From the UHGV virus genome UHGV-0129770: a stretch of 45,743 bases of DNA; one strand, 5' to 3'. The stretch is from a virus. Both the position numbers and the translations under genes were made by a program. Below the pieces are notes generated by a model. The model searched no databases. It worked only from the letters and a program-made list of their open reading frames with translations, and had not been told where the DNA came from. Below are positions 9,528 to 17,903 of the stretch, in pieces. Every line of letters begins with the position of its first letter. Position 1 is the first letter of the stretch.

Positions 9528-10147
9528 GCTGACATCCTCTGAGACATAAACTCCACAAAACGAACTGCATCTTCAGAAACAACGCCGCATGACTTCAGAT
9601 AATTCATTGCGTCATTAGGTAGCGGATTAGTTGGTTCGGCATTTGCCAGGGATTGAGATAAACGCGTGATTAATTTGACCATTCTCCGCTGCCGGAGGTT
9701 GTATCCTTCAACCAAAGACAGGTAACTGGAAAGGGTTTTGCTTAAGCGGGCGCGAAGCTGATCCGTGCCGTGACATTCAATAGCAACATCACGTAACGCA
9801 TTTACCAGTTCACGGTAAATATGCGGAGCAACCTGGCATTCAATGTTGGTTTGTGACTCATAAATTACAGTCAGCCCCAGCTTTTCAGCCAGCGCGTGCT
9901 CTGCGCGAGCACCAACCGATTCTTCCCATTGATTGAGCAGATAGATCGCATCAGCAGAACGCACCATTGCCAGGCAAATATCCATGTATTCACTCTGGCA
10001 AAGGCCACCAGGTAACACAGCTGGATTCAGAACGATATGCCCTTCAGACATCAGCTCGCTCGCTTTCGCATTAAACGCCGCACGGTTGTAGTCTGGATAA
10101 CCAGTCATCGGCCCCGCGATGTAAATTTTCAAAACACGTTTCACCAT
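9524..10147 (-). CDS. phage protein with N-terminal nucleoside 2-deoxyribosyltransferase-like (DUF4406-type) domain
   Basis: KIYIAGPMTG...NRAAF...LNP motif; start moved from TTG 10174 to ATG 10147, which overlaps (TGATG) the stop of an upstream small ORF. Confidence 0.45.
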   Translation of the reverse strand: MVKRVLKIYIAGPMTGYPDYNRAAFNAKASELMSEGHIVLNPAVLPGGLCQSEYMDICLAMVRSADAIYLLNQWEESVGARAEHALAEKLGLTVIYESQTNIECQVAPHIYRELVNALRDVAIECHGTDQLRARLSKTLSSYLSLVEGYNLRQRRMVKLITRLSQSLANAEPTNPLPNDAMNYLKSCGVVSEDAVRFVEFMSQRMSA

Positions 10148-10299
10148 CAAAATTTCCCCAAAATCGTGACGCAAAACATAAGCACTGCGAAAAGCTCAAT
10201 ACCAAGCTCAAGTAGCGCCAACGCCCCGAAAAACAACACATAGAACAGGCCAATCTCATTCACAGATGGCTGGTGGATCGCACTTAAAGCTATAAGCAT
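10147..10299 (-). CDS. small hydrophobic protein (50 aa), unlisted ORF
   Basis: Own translation: MLIALSAIHQPSVNEIGLFYVLFFGALALLELGIELFAVLMFCVTILGKF; GGAGGA SD upstream; stop overlaps the start of the DUF4406-like gene. Confidence 0.4.
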   Translation of the reverse strand: MLIALSAIHQPSVNEIGLFYVLFFGALALLELGIELFAVLMFCVTILGKF

Positions 10300-10342
10300 C
10301 ATGTCCTCCAAACATTTATCAGTGATGATATTAATGTTTTGT

Positions 10343-10370
10343 GTTAGAAAATCAATTTTGAATATCTAAC
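10343..10370. promoter_or_regulatory. operator-like inverted repeat GTTAGA-N16-TCTAAC (site B), upstream of the ref-like gene
   Basis: GTTAGA 10343..10348, TCTAAC 10365..10370; lies 50 nt upstream of ATG 10420. Confidence 0.45.
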
Positions 10371-10419
10371 CATTTTGATCAATCATAGAAAAATCGTTGA
10401 AAAGTAAGAGACTGCCATC

Positions 10420-10998
10420 ATGCAGAAACAGAGTTATTGGGAGAAACAGAGACAAAAAGCCATGCAAAAATTGGCTGACCCGGCCTGGCGAGAGGAACAA
10501 AGGGCAAAGCGCCTTCAACAAGCTCAACGCCAGCAGCAGCGAGCGAGAGAAAAGGCCGCATCGCCTGAATATCGGCAAAAGAAAAATGAAAAAGCAAAGC
10601 AATATGAACAGCGGAGAAAAGATAAAGCTGTATCCGCTCCGTCCAAAAAAACACGCACGTCACGCGGCCTGAAAGGCAGATCACTCACAGCCGATGAACG
10701 CCGGATACAGACCGCTATCGGTGCTCTCCCCTGCATTGCCTGCCATATTCACGGGCAACATAGCCCAGTGGTATCCCTGCACCATATCTTCGGGAGAACG
10801 GCAGAGAACGCGCATAAATATGTCCTCCCTTTGTGTAAATGGCACCACCAGTACGCAGCGCCAGCCGAGGTCCGAGAACAATATCCCTGGCTGGTCCCTG
10901 TTCATGCTGACGGAAAAATAGGCGGAAAAGCAGATTTCATGCGGCACAATGCCGATGAAATGACGTTGTATCAGATGGCGATTGAATTGATAAATTAG
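10420..10998 (+). CDS. Ref-like recombination enhancement protein (HNH-type nuclease)
   Basis: Basic low-complexity N-terminal half, then ALPCIAC...HHIFGRTA...LPLCKWHHQ...YPWLVPVHADG, an HNH/zinc-binding pattern I recall for P1 Ref; from memory. Confidence 0.55.
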   Translation: MQKQSYWEKQRQKAMQKLADPAWREEQRAKRLQQAQRQQQRAREKAASPEYRQKKNEKAKQYEQRRKDKAVSAPSKKTRTSRGLKGRSLTADERRIQTAIGALPCIACHIHGQHSPVVSLHHIFGRTAENAHKYVLPLCKWHHQYAAPAEVREQYPWLVPVHADGKIGGKADFMRHNADEMTLYQMAIELIN

Positions 10999-11508
10999 TT
11001 TTCTAACATTTTAAGTTGAATTGTAAATTTCTCCGATGTACATTCACTACCGATTGGCACACCGGTCAACTTTTTGAGACAAACTGTTTAGTTTTTCGTA
11101 TTATTGCCGCCGTCATACCTATGGCGGTGCAATATAGGTGGCTGAAAAGCCCCCGTTGACTCACGGTGTTCCAGCCTTTATTGCGCCGCCACCAGACCGT
11201 GGAACAGTCGATGGCGGCTCCGAAAGCAAGGAGTCACTACACTATGAACAACTACAGTCTTTTCCCATCACTCGTCGTCCACCACTCACGCGATAATCTG
11301 CATTCTTTACTCGCGTCGGGGGTGTCAAAATGACTGTTCGCTACCTCAACTTTCAAATCCAGAACATCACTGGCGGTTGCTATGACTGGTTTGTCACTCT
11401 CGGAAAAGAAGTGATCACCGGGAAGCTGGATGAAGTGAAAGTTAAAGCAATGGCCTACGCCTGCAAGCAAGCCCGGAAGAAATCCGCCAAAGCATAAAAT
11501 ACTGACTG

Positions 11509-11537
11509 TTGCGCCCTGGCATTATCGTGGGGTATAT
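11509..11537 (+). promoter_or_regulatory. candidate sigma70 promoter for the antisense RNA / immunity transcript
   Basis: -35 TTGCGC 11509..11514, 17-nt spacer, -10 GTATAT 11532..11537. Confidence 0.35.
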
Positions 11538-11543
11538 TTCTAC

Positions 11544-11623
11544 GGCACCTTAGAAAAACGGGTGCCGGGATTGGAACCCCGGATAATGTCAAAGGCGACA
11601 CAGACGCCGAAAGCGTCTTTTTT
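11544..11623 (+). ncRNA. candidate c4-like antisense regulatory RNA (about 80 nt)
   Basis: Three hairpins: CGGCACC/GGTGCCG; CCGGG-loop AUUGGAAC-CCCGG; AGACGC-cgaa-GCGTCT followed by a T-run at 11618..11623. The loop is complementary to GTTCCAA at 11726..11732 in the downstream leader. Confidence 0.4.
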
Positions 11624-11808
11624 GTGTCATGCCATCGCACAGCCATACGTAGCGTTTAGCTCAGAGATCAATGGTAGTGCTGGCTGGGCTGCCGAAAGGC
11701 AGGCCGGTTCCCTTTGACGCCGGTAGTTCCAACCCAGTCAGTGCTACCGCCATTGAGATTGGAACCTCACGCGGTAGCTCCTTAACTTAGTCAAAGGAGG
11801 CTGCCAAT

Positions 11809-12024
11809 ATGGCTACTATCCCTACCCCAACTCATTCTGAATTTATCTGGCGTTTCTATTCCTGCCAAAAACACCTGTATATCTGCGTCATGGCTGCTAC
11901 CGAAGCAGAGGCGCGCTCATACCTTCCCGAAGAACCCTGCATTTTTGCTGCTCGCTTCACTCTTGATGCGATGGAGATCCTCAATTACTGGAATCTGCCG
12001 ATGAACTGCGTGGAGGCGCACTGA
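11809..12024 (+). CDS. Icd-like small protein (cell-division-inhibitor-like)
   Basis: 71 aa; AAGGAGG SD at 11794..11800; stop overlaps (TGATG) the start of the antirepressor gene; matches the c4-icd-ant layout. Confidence 0.45.
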   Translation: MATIPTPTHSEFIWRFYSCQKHLYICVMAATEAEARSYLPEEPCIFAARFTLDAMEILNYWNLPMNCVEAH

Positions 12025-12950
12025 TGAATCTGTCCATCTCTCAAAAAGCGACAATGACCAGCATTGAGATCGCGGAACTGGTAGGTAAGCGCCCTGATAA
12101 CGTTAAACGCACCATTGAACACCTGGCGGAACGGGGCGTAATATCTTTTCCTCAAATTGAGGAAAAGCCCACCGCAGGCCGCCCGGCGAGCTATTACGTC
12201 TTCGAAGGCGAGCAAGGCAAACGAGACAGCATTATTGTCGTTGCGCAGCTCTCTCCCGAATTCACCGCCCGGCTGGTGGACCGCTGGCGCGAACTGGAGA
12301 ATGCCCGGGTACAGTTAAAATCAAAAGCCGAAATTCTGGCTGAAATGGCGCAAATGCATCTTGAGCATGAACGCCGGATCAACGCCGTAAATGCCCAGGT
12401 AGCCGAGGTATCAGCACAAGTATCGATGGTCGCTGAAACACTCGAGCAAATCAAGAAAGGCAATATGCCGGAAGGTTACATTGGCTACCGCCAGCTGGCG
12501 GCGAAATGTGGCCTGACTGAAGCCAAATGTCGCAACCTGGTTAACGCTTTCCGGATTCCCACCGATACGCATGAGTTTTTAACTCCAGAGGGTTTGCTTG
12601 CGCGACGCTCCATTGTGGCCCTGGCCCCCTTCCGGAAAGCCTTTAAGCAGGTGATGTCGGAGGCAGAACCACGCAATAAACGCTGGTATCATCCAAAGAT
12701 GGGGATGTTTCAGGCAATCCACCATCCTGTGCCTGAAAGCCCAAAGGATAATCTGTCACTACATACCGTCAGAGAGAAGATCAGGACTGGATACGCAACA
12801 GTGTGTCGTCGTTCTTCCTGGCCTGAAGGTATATGGGTGTGGCCCGAAGGTGGATCACGAAAGCACTGGCGCACCATCCGTGACGGGAAAATCCATGCTA
12901 TTGATTTAGCTCCAGAGGATGTTATTGCTATGGACTGGATTGTTAGTTAA
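12024..12950 (+). CDS. Rha-family phage regulatory protein / putative antirepressor
   Basis: N-terminus MTSIEIAELVGKRPDNVKRTIEHL matches the Rha N-terminal domain as I recall it; followed by hairpin ATCCCCGGCG-ac-GCCGGGGAT at 12958..12978. Confidence 0.55.
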   Translation: MNLSISQKATMTSIEIAELVGKRPDNVKRTIEHLAERGVISFPQIEEKPTAGRPASYYVFEGEQGKRDSIIVVAQLSPEFTARLVDRWRELENARVQLKSKAEILAEMAQMHLEHERRINAVNAQVAEVSAQVSMVAETLEQIKKGNMPEGYIGYRQLAAKCGLTEAKCRNLVNAFRIPTDTHEFLTPEGLLARRSIVALAPFRKAFKQVMSEAEPRNKRWYHPKMGMFQAIHHPVPESPKDNLSLHTVREKIRTGYATVCRRSSWPEGIWVWPEGGSRKHWRTIRDGKIHAIDLAPEDVIAMDWIVS

Positions 12951-13009
12951 ATGCTGCATCCCCGGCGACGCCGGGGATTTAACTGCCAAATAATCGGATT
13001 ATCCGCACG

Positions 13010-13321
13010 ATGAAAAAAATAGATTTCACTTATTCTGCCGCCACACTTGAGCGGCGCTTCACCCTCATTAGAGAGTTGGAGCTGTCAAAAGTCTGGTATC
13101 AAATCCTACTGGATGAAGAGTTTTCACTGATGGTTATAGCAGAAAAATTGGCTATGCCTAATGACCGGCACAAGGTCATAGCCAGCCTCGATCTGGTGAC
13201 AAACAGATACTGGGAAACAGAGGAACTACATGAGGCGGGAGTAATTCGTGACCTGATGGAGAATTCCGTTCCCCGCCGCTATCGTGCAGGGAACGGCATC
13301 TCCGTGGTTAAAGGTGTTTAA
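13010..13321 (+). CDS. hypothetical protein
   Basis: ORF track; convergent with the 13318..13710 gene. Confidence 0.35.
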   Translation: MKKIDFTYSAATLERRFTLIRELELSKVWYQILLDEEFSLMVIAEKLAMPNDRHKVIASLDLVTNRYWETEELHEAGVIRDLMENSVPRRYRAGNGISVVKGV

Positions 13322-13710
13322 AGCTCACCTGCGCGCTGTTTTTCAAGCACAGATTTAACATTTGGCGCTTTCCCTTTAAAAGAATGGAAAGTGCCACATT
13401 TTTCTGTTTTAACCTCGCGCAGAGCTTCGCCATCGGCGTTCTGCCATTGATGGGATAATGTCATATCACCGCGAGAAGGAACATCCAGCGAGTACAGCGT
13501 GTAAGTTCCCCCCATCTCCGCATACTCCTGGAACACATAGCTCATTACGTCAGATTCAGTTTTTCGGTGTGCGTTATCAACCTTATTCCCATTCAGAAAT
13601 ATGGCATCCGGATAGATTTTTATATCAAACCGACCGCACTTAACTTGTAAATTTCCGGCGCTCGCGATCAAAGGGAAAGACGCCAGTAAAGCAATAGCCA
13701 ATCTTTTCAA
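13318..13710 (-). CDS. secreted hypothetical protein (signal peptide)
   Basis: N-terminus MKRLAIALLASFPLIASAG is a typical Sec signal. Confidence 0.5.
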   Translation of the reverse strand: MKRLAIALLASFPLIASAGNLQVKCGRFDIKIYPDAIFLNGNKVDNAHRKTESDVMSYVFQEYAEMGGTYTLYSLDVPSRGDMTLSHQWQNADGEALREVKTEKCGTFHSFKGKAPNVKSVLEKQRAGEL

Positions 13711-13730
13711 TTCTGCCTCCGCTGCGTAAC

Positions 13731-14354
13731 TTATTGCCCGTATTTTTTACACCATTGCTCTGCCATTTGTTTGGCTAAAGGCCCGGCTACTGCACTGTAT
13801 TCTGCTGTTTTACTTTGCACACATGAAGCAGATGGTTTTTTATTTCGCTGCTCGGTTAGTTTGCGCTCATAAGCCATCATGCTATCGAACCCGGCAATAT
13901 CACTTTGGCGAAGCATTCCCTTTTTAACCAAAAATTGCTGCCCCTCGGGCACCAGCGCAAGCATAAAAAGTGGTTGTAATAACTCACCTAATCCTTGCTG
14001 GCGATACACTTCGAATTGCTGCCATCCCTGACTTAATCTGGAAAGAGTATCTTTGGTTGAATAACCTGTTTTTGTTATAGCTTTGTCCGTCAGATATGCT
14101 GTATATGCAAAAACGCAAAAGTCAGTTTTACCAATAAACTGAGTTCCAACAGGCCGTAATGGAATGCCCTCTCTCTTGCAAAAGTCCATAATTGCCGCTT
14201 GTGAATGATCCCCACCAGCGTTATTCATAACCTGCTGCCCTGCCCTGAATTGTGCAGGTAACGCAGTTGCATTGGCTGTATTAACAGATACGCATCCCAA
14301 CATAGCCGCGAGCGCGGTCCCTAAAACCCTTAACTTCACTACACCGTCCTTCAT
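13731..14354 (-). CDS. secreted hypothetical protein (signal peptide)
   Basis: N-terminal hydrophobic signal LGTALAAMLGCVSVNTANA. Confidence 0.5.
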   Translation of the reverse strand: MKDGVVKLRVLGTALAAMLGCVSVNTANATALPAQFRAGQQVMNNAGGDHSQAAIMDFCKREGIPLRPVGTQFIGKTDFCVFAYTAYLTDKAITKTGYSTKDTLSRLSQGWQQFEVYRQQGLGELLQPLFMLALVPEGQQFLVKKGMLRQSDIAGFDSMMAYERKLTEQRNKKPSASCVQSKTAEYSAVAGPLAKQMAEQWCKKYGQ

Positions 14355-14571
14355 GTAAACAAAATGAAGTTTTATGTTACAAAAACAATCAACTACATCA
14401 ACATGATTTAGGCCAAATTTCGGTCAAAAAATAAAATCCACAAAAAGTGGTTGACACTATTTTGGAAATCACAAACTGCACATAATCCATCGCGCTAACG
14501 GCTCCCGTTGAAGGTTCTTTTGACGATTAACTTTCAGCCGAAGCGCGGTAGGGAGTCATAACGCCAAAGCA

Positions 14572-14595
14572 GGCCGCCATGTGCGGCCTTTTTTT
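14572..14595 (+). terminator. intrinsic terminator-like hairpin in the leader of the 14623 gene
   Basis: GGCCGC-catgt-GCGGCC followed by TTTTTTT, located 28 nt upstream of ATG 14623. Confidence 0.5.
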
Positions 14596-14622
14596 GTATC
14601 CGTCATCCGTGGAGGAAGGACA

Positions 14623-15276
14623 ATGGAAAAGATCGCAATATTCAGCCTGACCACCAGCAAGCCTCAAATGCTCACTGCAATACTGAAAGACGGTGCTCTC
14701 ATTATTAACGAAGTAAAACCCCTTCCCGCGTCAGCATTGGAGCAAAAGCAAAAAATTCCTCCAGCTATAGCAGCCCTGCGGAAAAGCAAATTTAAGGTAC
14801 TGGTAGACGAAATTACGCCAACGATCTCCGCTGGCACCGGAGCAAGCCAGGTGACTCTCAAGACCCGTCATGCCGATGGCAGAGCAGCAATCATCGTCGG
14901 GATGGAAAGATACAGAGAGTTAAAACTCCAGAAGCTATTATCCCTGCCGCAAAATAACAAAGGTGCTTTCGAAATCCCCGACTCTATCGTTGATACCGAA
15001 TACAACGGTAACGGAGAAGAAGTCTACAGGGTGAACTGGCAGGATATCAGGCCGGAGCATATTCTGATGATCCTGTGTTGCTACGCGACCGTATACCACA
15101 ACGTTGCCAGTGCAGATTACGTAGAGCAGATGACCGGCACAGTCGAGAAAGAGCAAAAAACAGGCATACTCGCTTCGTTCCTGTCCATTATTGGGCATGA
15201 AAAAGTTAAAGCAGGCACCTCCCAGCCAAAGTCACTGGCTGGGAAAGAAGTTGATGAAGATACCGTGATACTTTGA
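14623..15276 (+). CDS. hypothetical protein
   Basis: ORF track frame; start moved to ATG 14623 (GGAGGAAGG SD) because the listed GTG 14581 start lies inside the terminator hairpin. Confidence 0.5.
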   Translation: MEKIAIFSLTTSKPQMLTAILKDGALIINEVKPLPASALEQKQKIPPAIAALRKSKFKVLVDEITPTISAGTGASQVTLKTRHADGRAAIIVGMERYRELKLQKLLSLPQNNKGAFEIPDSIVDTEYNGNGEEVYRVNWQDIRPEHILMILCCYATVYHNVASADYVEQMTGTVEKEQKTGILASFLSIIGHEKVKAGTSQPKSLAGKEVDEDTVIL

Positions 15277-15411
15277 TCACATTAGTAGCTTTGTTAACTC
15301 CCTCAATACCAGGTAGAAGAGTAACAAAAATATTGACGCGAGTATTTGAGTGGTCAATGAAGCGTTCATAAACAGATCAATTAGCATTAATAATTCGAAG
15401 ATAACATCCAT
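15277..15411 (-). CDS. small hydrophobic protein (44 aa), unlisted ORF; toxin-like
   Basis: Own translation: MDVIFELLMLIDLFMNASLTTQILASIFLLLFYLVLRELTKLLM; GGAG about 8 nt upstream; convergent with 14623..15276. Confidence 0.3.
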   Translation of the reverse strand: MDVIFELLMLIDLFMNASLTTQILASIFLLLFYLVLRELTKLLM

Positions 15412-15604
15412 GTCATTCACTCCGTTTAATTTTTAATCTAATGCCAGCAAATGAAGCTGGCCCCCGCATAAAGATTAATGAAAGTCACTTGTCACCAGTG
15501 AGGGGATTTATGAACCACATCCCCCTGAACTGGTGGCCTGTCTGTTTCTCGCATTTCACACCCTGCATACAGTTTTCCCCAGGTTATGACTGAGGGGCTT
15601 TGTT

Positions 15605-15934
15605 ATGGGCTATAGCAGACTCGACGATAGGTACATTGAAGACGATATTTTTCGTGCGCTGTTTCACCAGGAAATGATTAAGCGGGTATCGGAGTATCAC
15701 TCTGATAATTTCCAGTACACGATAAAGATTGATGAAGTATATCGTTCAGACCTTGCAGCCTACAGGGCGTATGGCAATGCAGATTTGCGCTGGGTATTCC
15801 GGGTGCTGGTGGGCCATGAGTCAGAAATGGAAGAAATGCCCACAGGGACCACGTTAACTCTTCCTGATGTGGCATGGCTGAGGAACAAGATCCGTGATTA
15901 CGCGAGCGCGGAACCGGAGATAGAAAATGCCTGA
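15605..15934 (+). CDS. hypothetical protein, first gene of a two-gene operon
   Basis: ORF track; 8-nt overlap with the downstream gene. Confidence 0.45.
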   Translation: MGYSRLDDRYIEDDIFRALFHQEMIKRVSEYHSDNFQYTIKIDEVYRSDLAAYRAYGNADLRWVFRVLVGHESEMEEMPTGTTLTLPDVAWLRNKIRDYASAEPEIENA

Positions 15935-17120
15935 TTTCCTGAAAAACCAGGACGGGCGCTATATCACTGACGGCCTGTCCTCTAAGGACTTCACGCGTTT
16001 ATTCGACCTTATCAGGAAAGAACAAACCCGTAAGCGCCGGCAAGCTCACCGGACGCTGACGCCAGGTAGACTGAGGAACAAATCCGCCGAAGATATTCTC
16101 AAGTTAGGGAAGAAAAAAGGCGGCACGTTCTTCACGCGAGACGACCTGAAAGGTTTCGAAAAGCTACGGAGTAAAACGCGCGAAAAATATGACAGCAAGA
16201 CGGCTGGCATCACATACGCCCAGCTGGTGGCATCCAGCCAGGCAATCGATATTAAGCGTGCAAATAACGCCGTGGATGACGGATCTGGTATCAAAAGAGC
16301 TACACCCGTATCTCTTCGCCACAATGTGATTAATATCCGCGTAGAAGCATCGGATATATCCGTCCACCAGCACCATATCGTCCGGATACGCTTTGAAGAA
16401 TGGGATCAGATGGTTGATGATATCGCAGAAGACGATAAATCAGCTCTCAAAATCACTAAATCACTGTGCGCCGGGCGAGTGTCTTTCGATTGTGACTGTG
16501 GTCGTCATCAATACTGGTATCGTTACATCGCCACTGCGGGTAACTTTGCCCTGGCACCGCCAAAAGAATACGCCTATCCAAAAGTTCGCAACCCGAAGCT
16601 GCAAGGCGTCGCCTGTAAACACGTGATCCACTCAATGACGCGGTTACAGTCCGCCAGTTGGCAAATGAGTATTGCTCGTGCGCTACAAAAGGCTGCAACG
16701 CAAATTGCATTTGGTGACGATCGCCGCCGTACAACCAAACACTTCTCAAAAGAAGACGAGAAGGAGTTTAATCGCAATCGTAGCAGTAAAACGAACGTTG
16801 ACGCTGCCAAGCGAGAATGGAGGCTCTATCAGAAGCGCCAGGCCGCTTTAAGCACAAAACTGGCAAAGGACAACGGCAAGATTGACAAGCTACGTGACCA
16901 ACTGACCAAGGCCAGAAAGTTGTCAGACGCACAGAAAAAACGGGCGGCAGCAAAAGAAGCGGCGTTGCAACGTGAGAAACAGAAAAACAAGGAGCTTCAG
17001 CAACGCCTGGCCGATCAGTTCGCACTGAAGAAGCAGGCGTTCATTGATGCGCTTGTCATGGCTGGAACACCACCAGCACAAGCTGAAAAAATGTTCATGG
17101 AGTATGTAAAAAAAGCATAA
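15927..17120 (+). CDS. SWIM-type zinc-finger protein with basic N-terminus and Lys/Ala-rich coiled-coil C-terminus
   Basis: CxCx(n)CxH pattern FDCDCGRH...GVACKHVIH; stop lies inside the convergent terminator stem. Confidence 0.5.
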   Translation: MPDFLKNQDGRYITDGLSSKDFTRLFDLIRKEQTRKRRQAHRTLTPGRLRNKSAEDILKLGKKKGGTFFTRDDLKGFEKLRSKTREKYDSKTAGITYAQLVASSQAIDIKRANNAVDDGSGIKRATPVSLRHNVINIRVEASDISVHQHHIVRIRFEEWDQMVDDIAEDDKSALKITKSLCAGRVSFDCDCGRHQYWYRYIATAGNFALAPPKEYAYPKVRNPKLQGVACKHVIHSMTRLQSASWQMSIARALQKAATQIAFGDDRRRTTKHFSKEDEKEFNRNRSSKTNVDAAKREWRLYQKRQAALSTKLAKDNGKIDKLRDQLTKARKLSDAQKKRAAAKEAALQREKQKNKELQQRLADQFALKKQAFIDALVMAGTPPAQAEKMFMEYVKKA

Positions 17121-17147
17121 ACCACACATAGCCTAGTAGTTTATGCT
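17114..17147. terminator. convergent hairpin between the SWIM operon and the AT-rich gene
   Basis: 9-bp stem AGCATAAAC / GTTTATGCT with a 16-nt loop, followed by a T-run. Confidence 0.4.
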
Positions 17148-17153
17148 GGGCTT

Positions 17154-17882
17154 TCATTTTTTTGAAAGATCAATTCCAGTATTATCAAACAAACTGGAAA
17201 TATCAGACACCAATTTATTAAAATGCTTGTCATCATTATAGAATGATGTGCTTTTTATAGCGACTATAAAATCACATAAATCTTGCGGAGATTCAATGCT
17301 AACCCCCTTATTTTTATATAGTTCAATAATACTGCCAACATCAGTATGCAATAGTTTTATCGCGCCACAAATTTCTCGCTGTTTCGTAACCAAGTCATTA
17401 AGTTTATTTTCATTTTCATCTAAGATTTGTTTTGAATATTTAGCGTCATTGGTTGCTTGATTTAACTTTGTTTTCTTTCTTTGCAATTCTATTCTTTTAT
17501 CATAATCAGCAACTTCATCTAAATATCTTATTTCAGTGTATAATTTACTTGTTAGCTTAGATATCTTCAGTGTGAGAACAGGAGCTAACACAGATGCAAA
17601 TACTCCATAAACAAATGGGATTACAACGTGATAAACCCACGGGGATACAATCCAATTATCAATGAACGGGACATTACCACCAACAGAAACAATAGATAAT
17701 GTATATAGGATGTCGTCCTTTGACTTTAATATAATTAAAATATCCTTCCAGTTAAAAATTAGAAATGAAATGACAACATATGCAAAAACCTTGTTAAATA
17801 TTTTATCTTTTATTATTTCAGAAAATGATTTTAGTTCTGTTTCATTTATAGACGGATTATCTTTAACTTTTTCTGACATCAT
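17154..17882 (-). CDS. AT-rich membrane protein with two TM helices and a coiled-coil tail; candidate abortive-infection or exclusion effector
   Basis: ORF track; markedly AT-rich by eye compared with flanks; TM segments VFAYVVISFLIFNW and VYHVVIPFVYGVFASVLAPVLTL; no recognisable family. Confidence 0.5.
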   Translation of the reverse strand: MMSEKVKDNPSINETELKSFSEIIKDKIFNKVFAYVVISFLIFNWKDILIILKSKDDILYTLSIVSVGGNVPFIDNWIVSPWVYHVVIPFVYGVFASVLAPVLTLKISKLTSKLYTEIRYLDEVADYDKRIELQRKKTKLNQATNDAKYSKQILDENENKLNDLVTKQREICGAIKLLHTDVGSIIELYKNKGVSIESPQDLCDFIVAIKSTSFYNDDKHFNKLVSDISSLFDNTGIDLSKK

Positions 17883-17903
17883 AGCTTATCCTGATTACTT
17901 TTA

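Noticed and set aside
2014-10243. Numerous plus-strand ORFs in the left 10 kb (e.g. 2359..2820, 7730..8014, 8952..9359, 10037..10243)
   Set aside because: They lie antisense to and fully overlap a continuous, translationally coupled minus-strand operon with recognisable products, so they are most likely frame shadows.
11650-11790. tRNA-like start (GCGTTTAGCTCAG...TGGTAG) suggesting a tRNA gene
   Set aside because: No foldable cloverleaf: the D-arm-like segment has an insertion, the next hairpin has a GAAA tetraloop rather than a 7-nt anticodon loop, and there is no T-arm GTTCGAATC-type motif. More likely part of the structured immunity leader.
14581-14622. Listed GTG start of the 14581..15276 ORF
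   Set aside because: The first 14 codons would span an intrinsic terminator hairpin and T-run; ATG 14623 with a GGAGGAAGG SD is the credible start.
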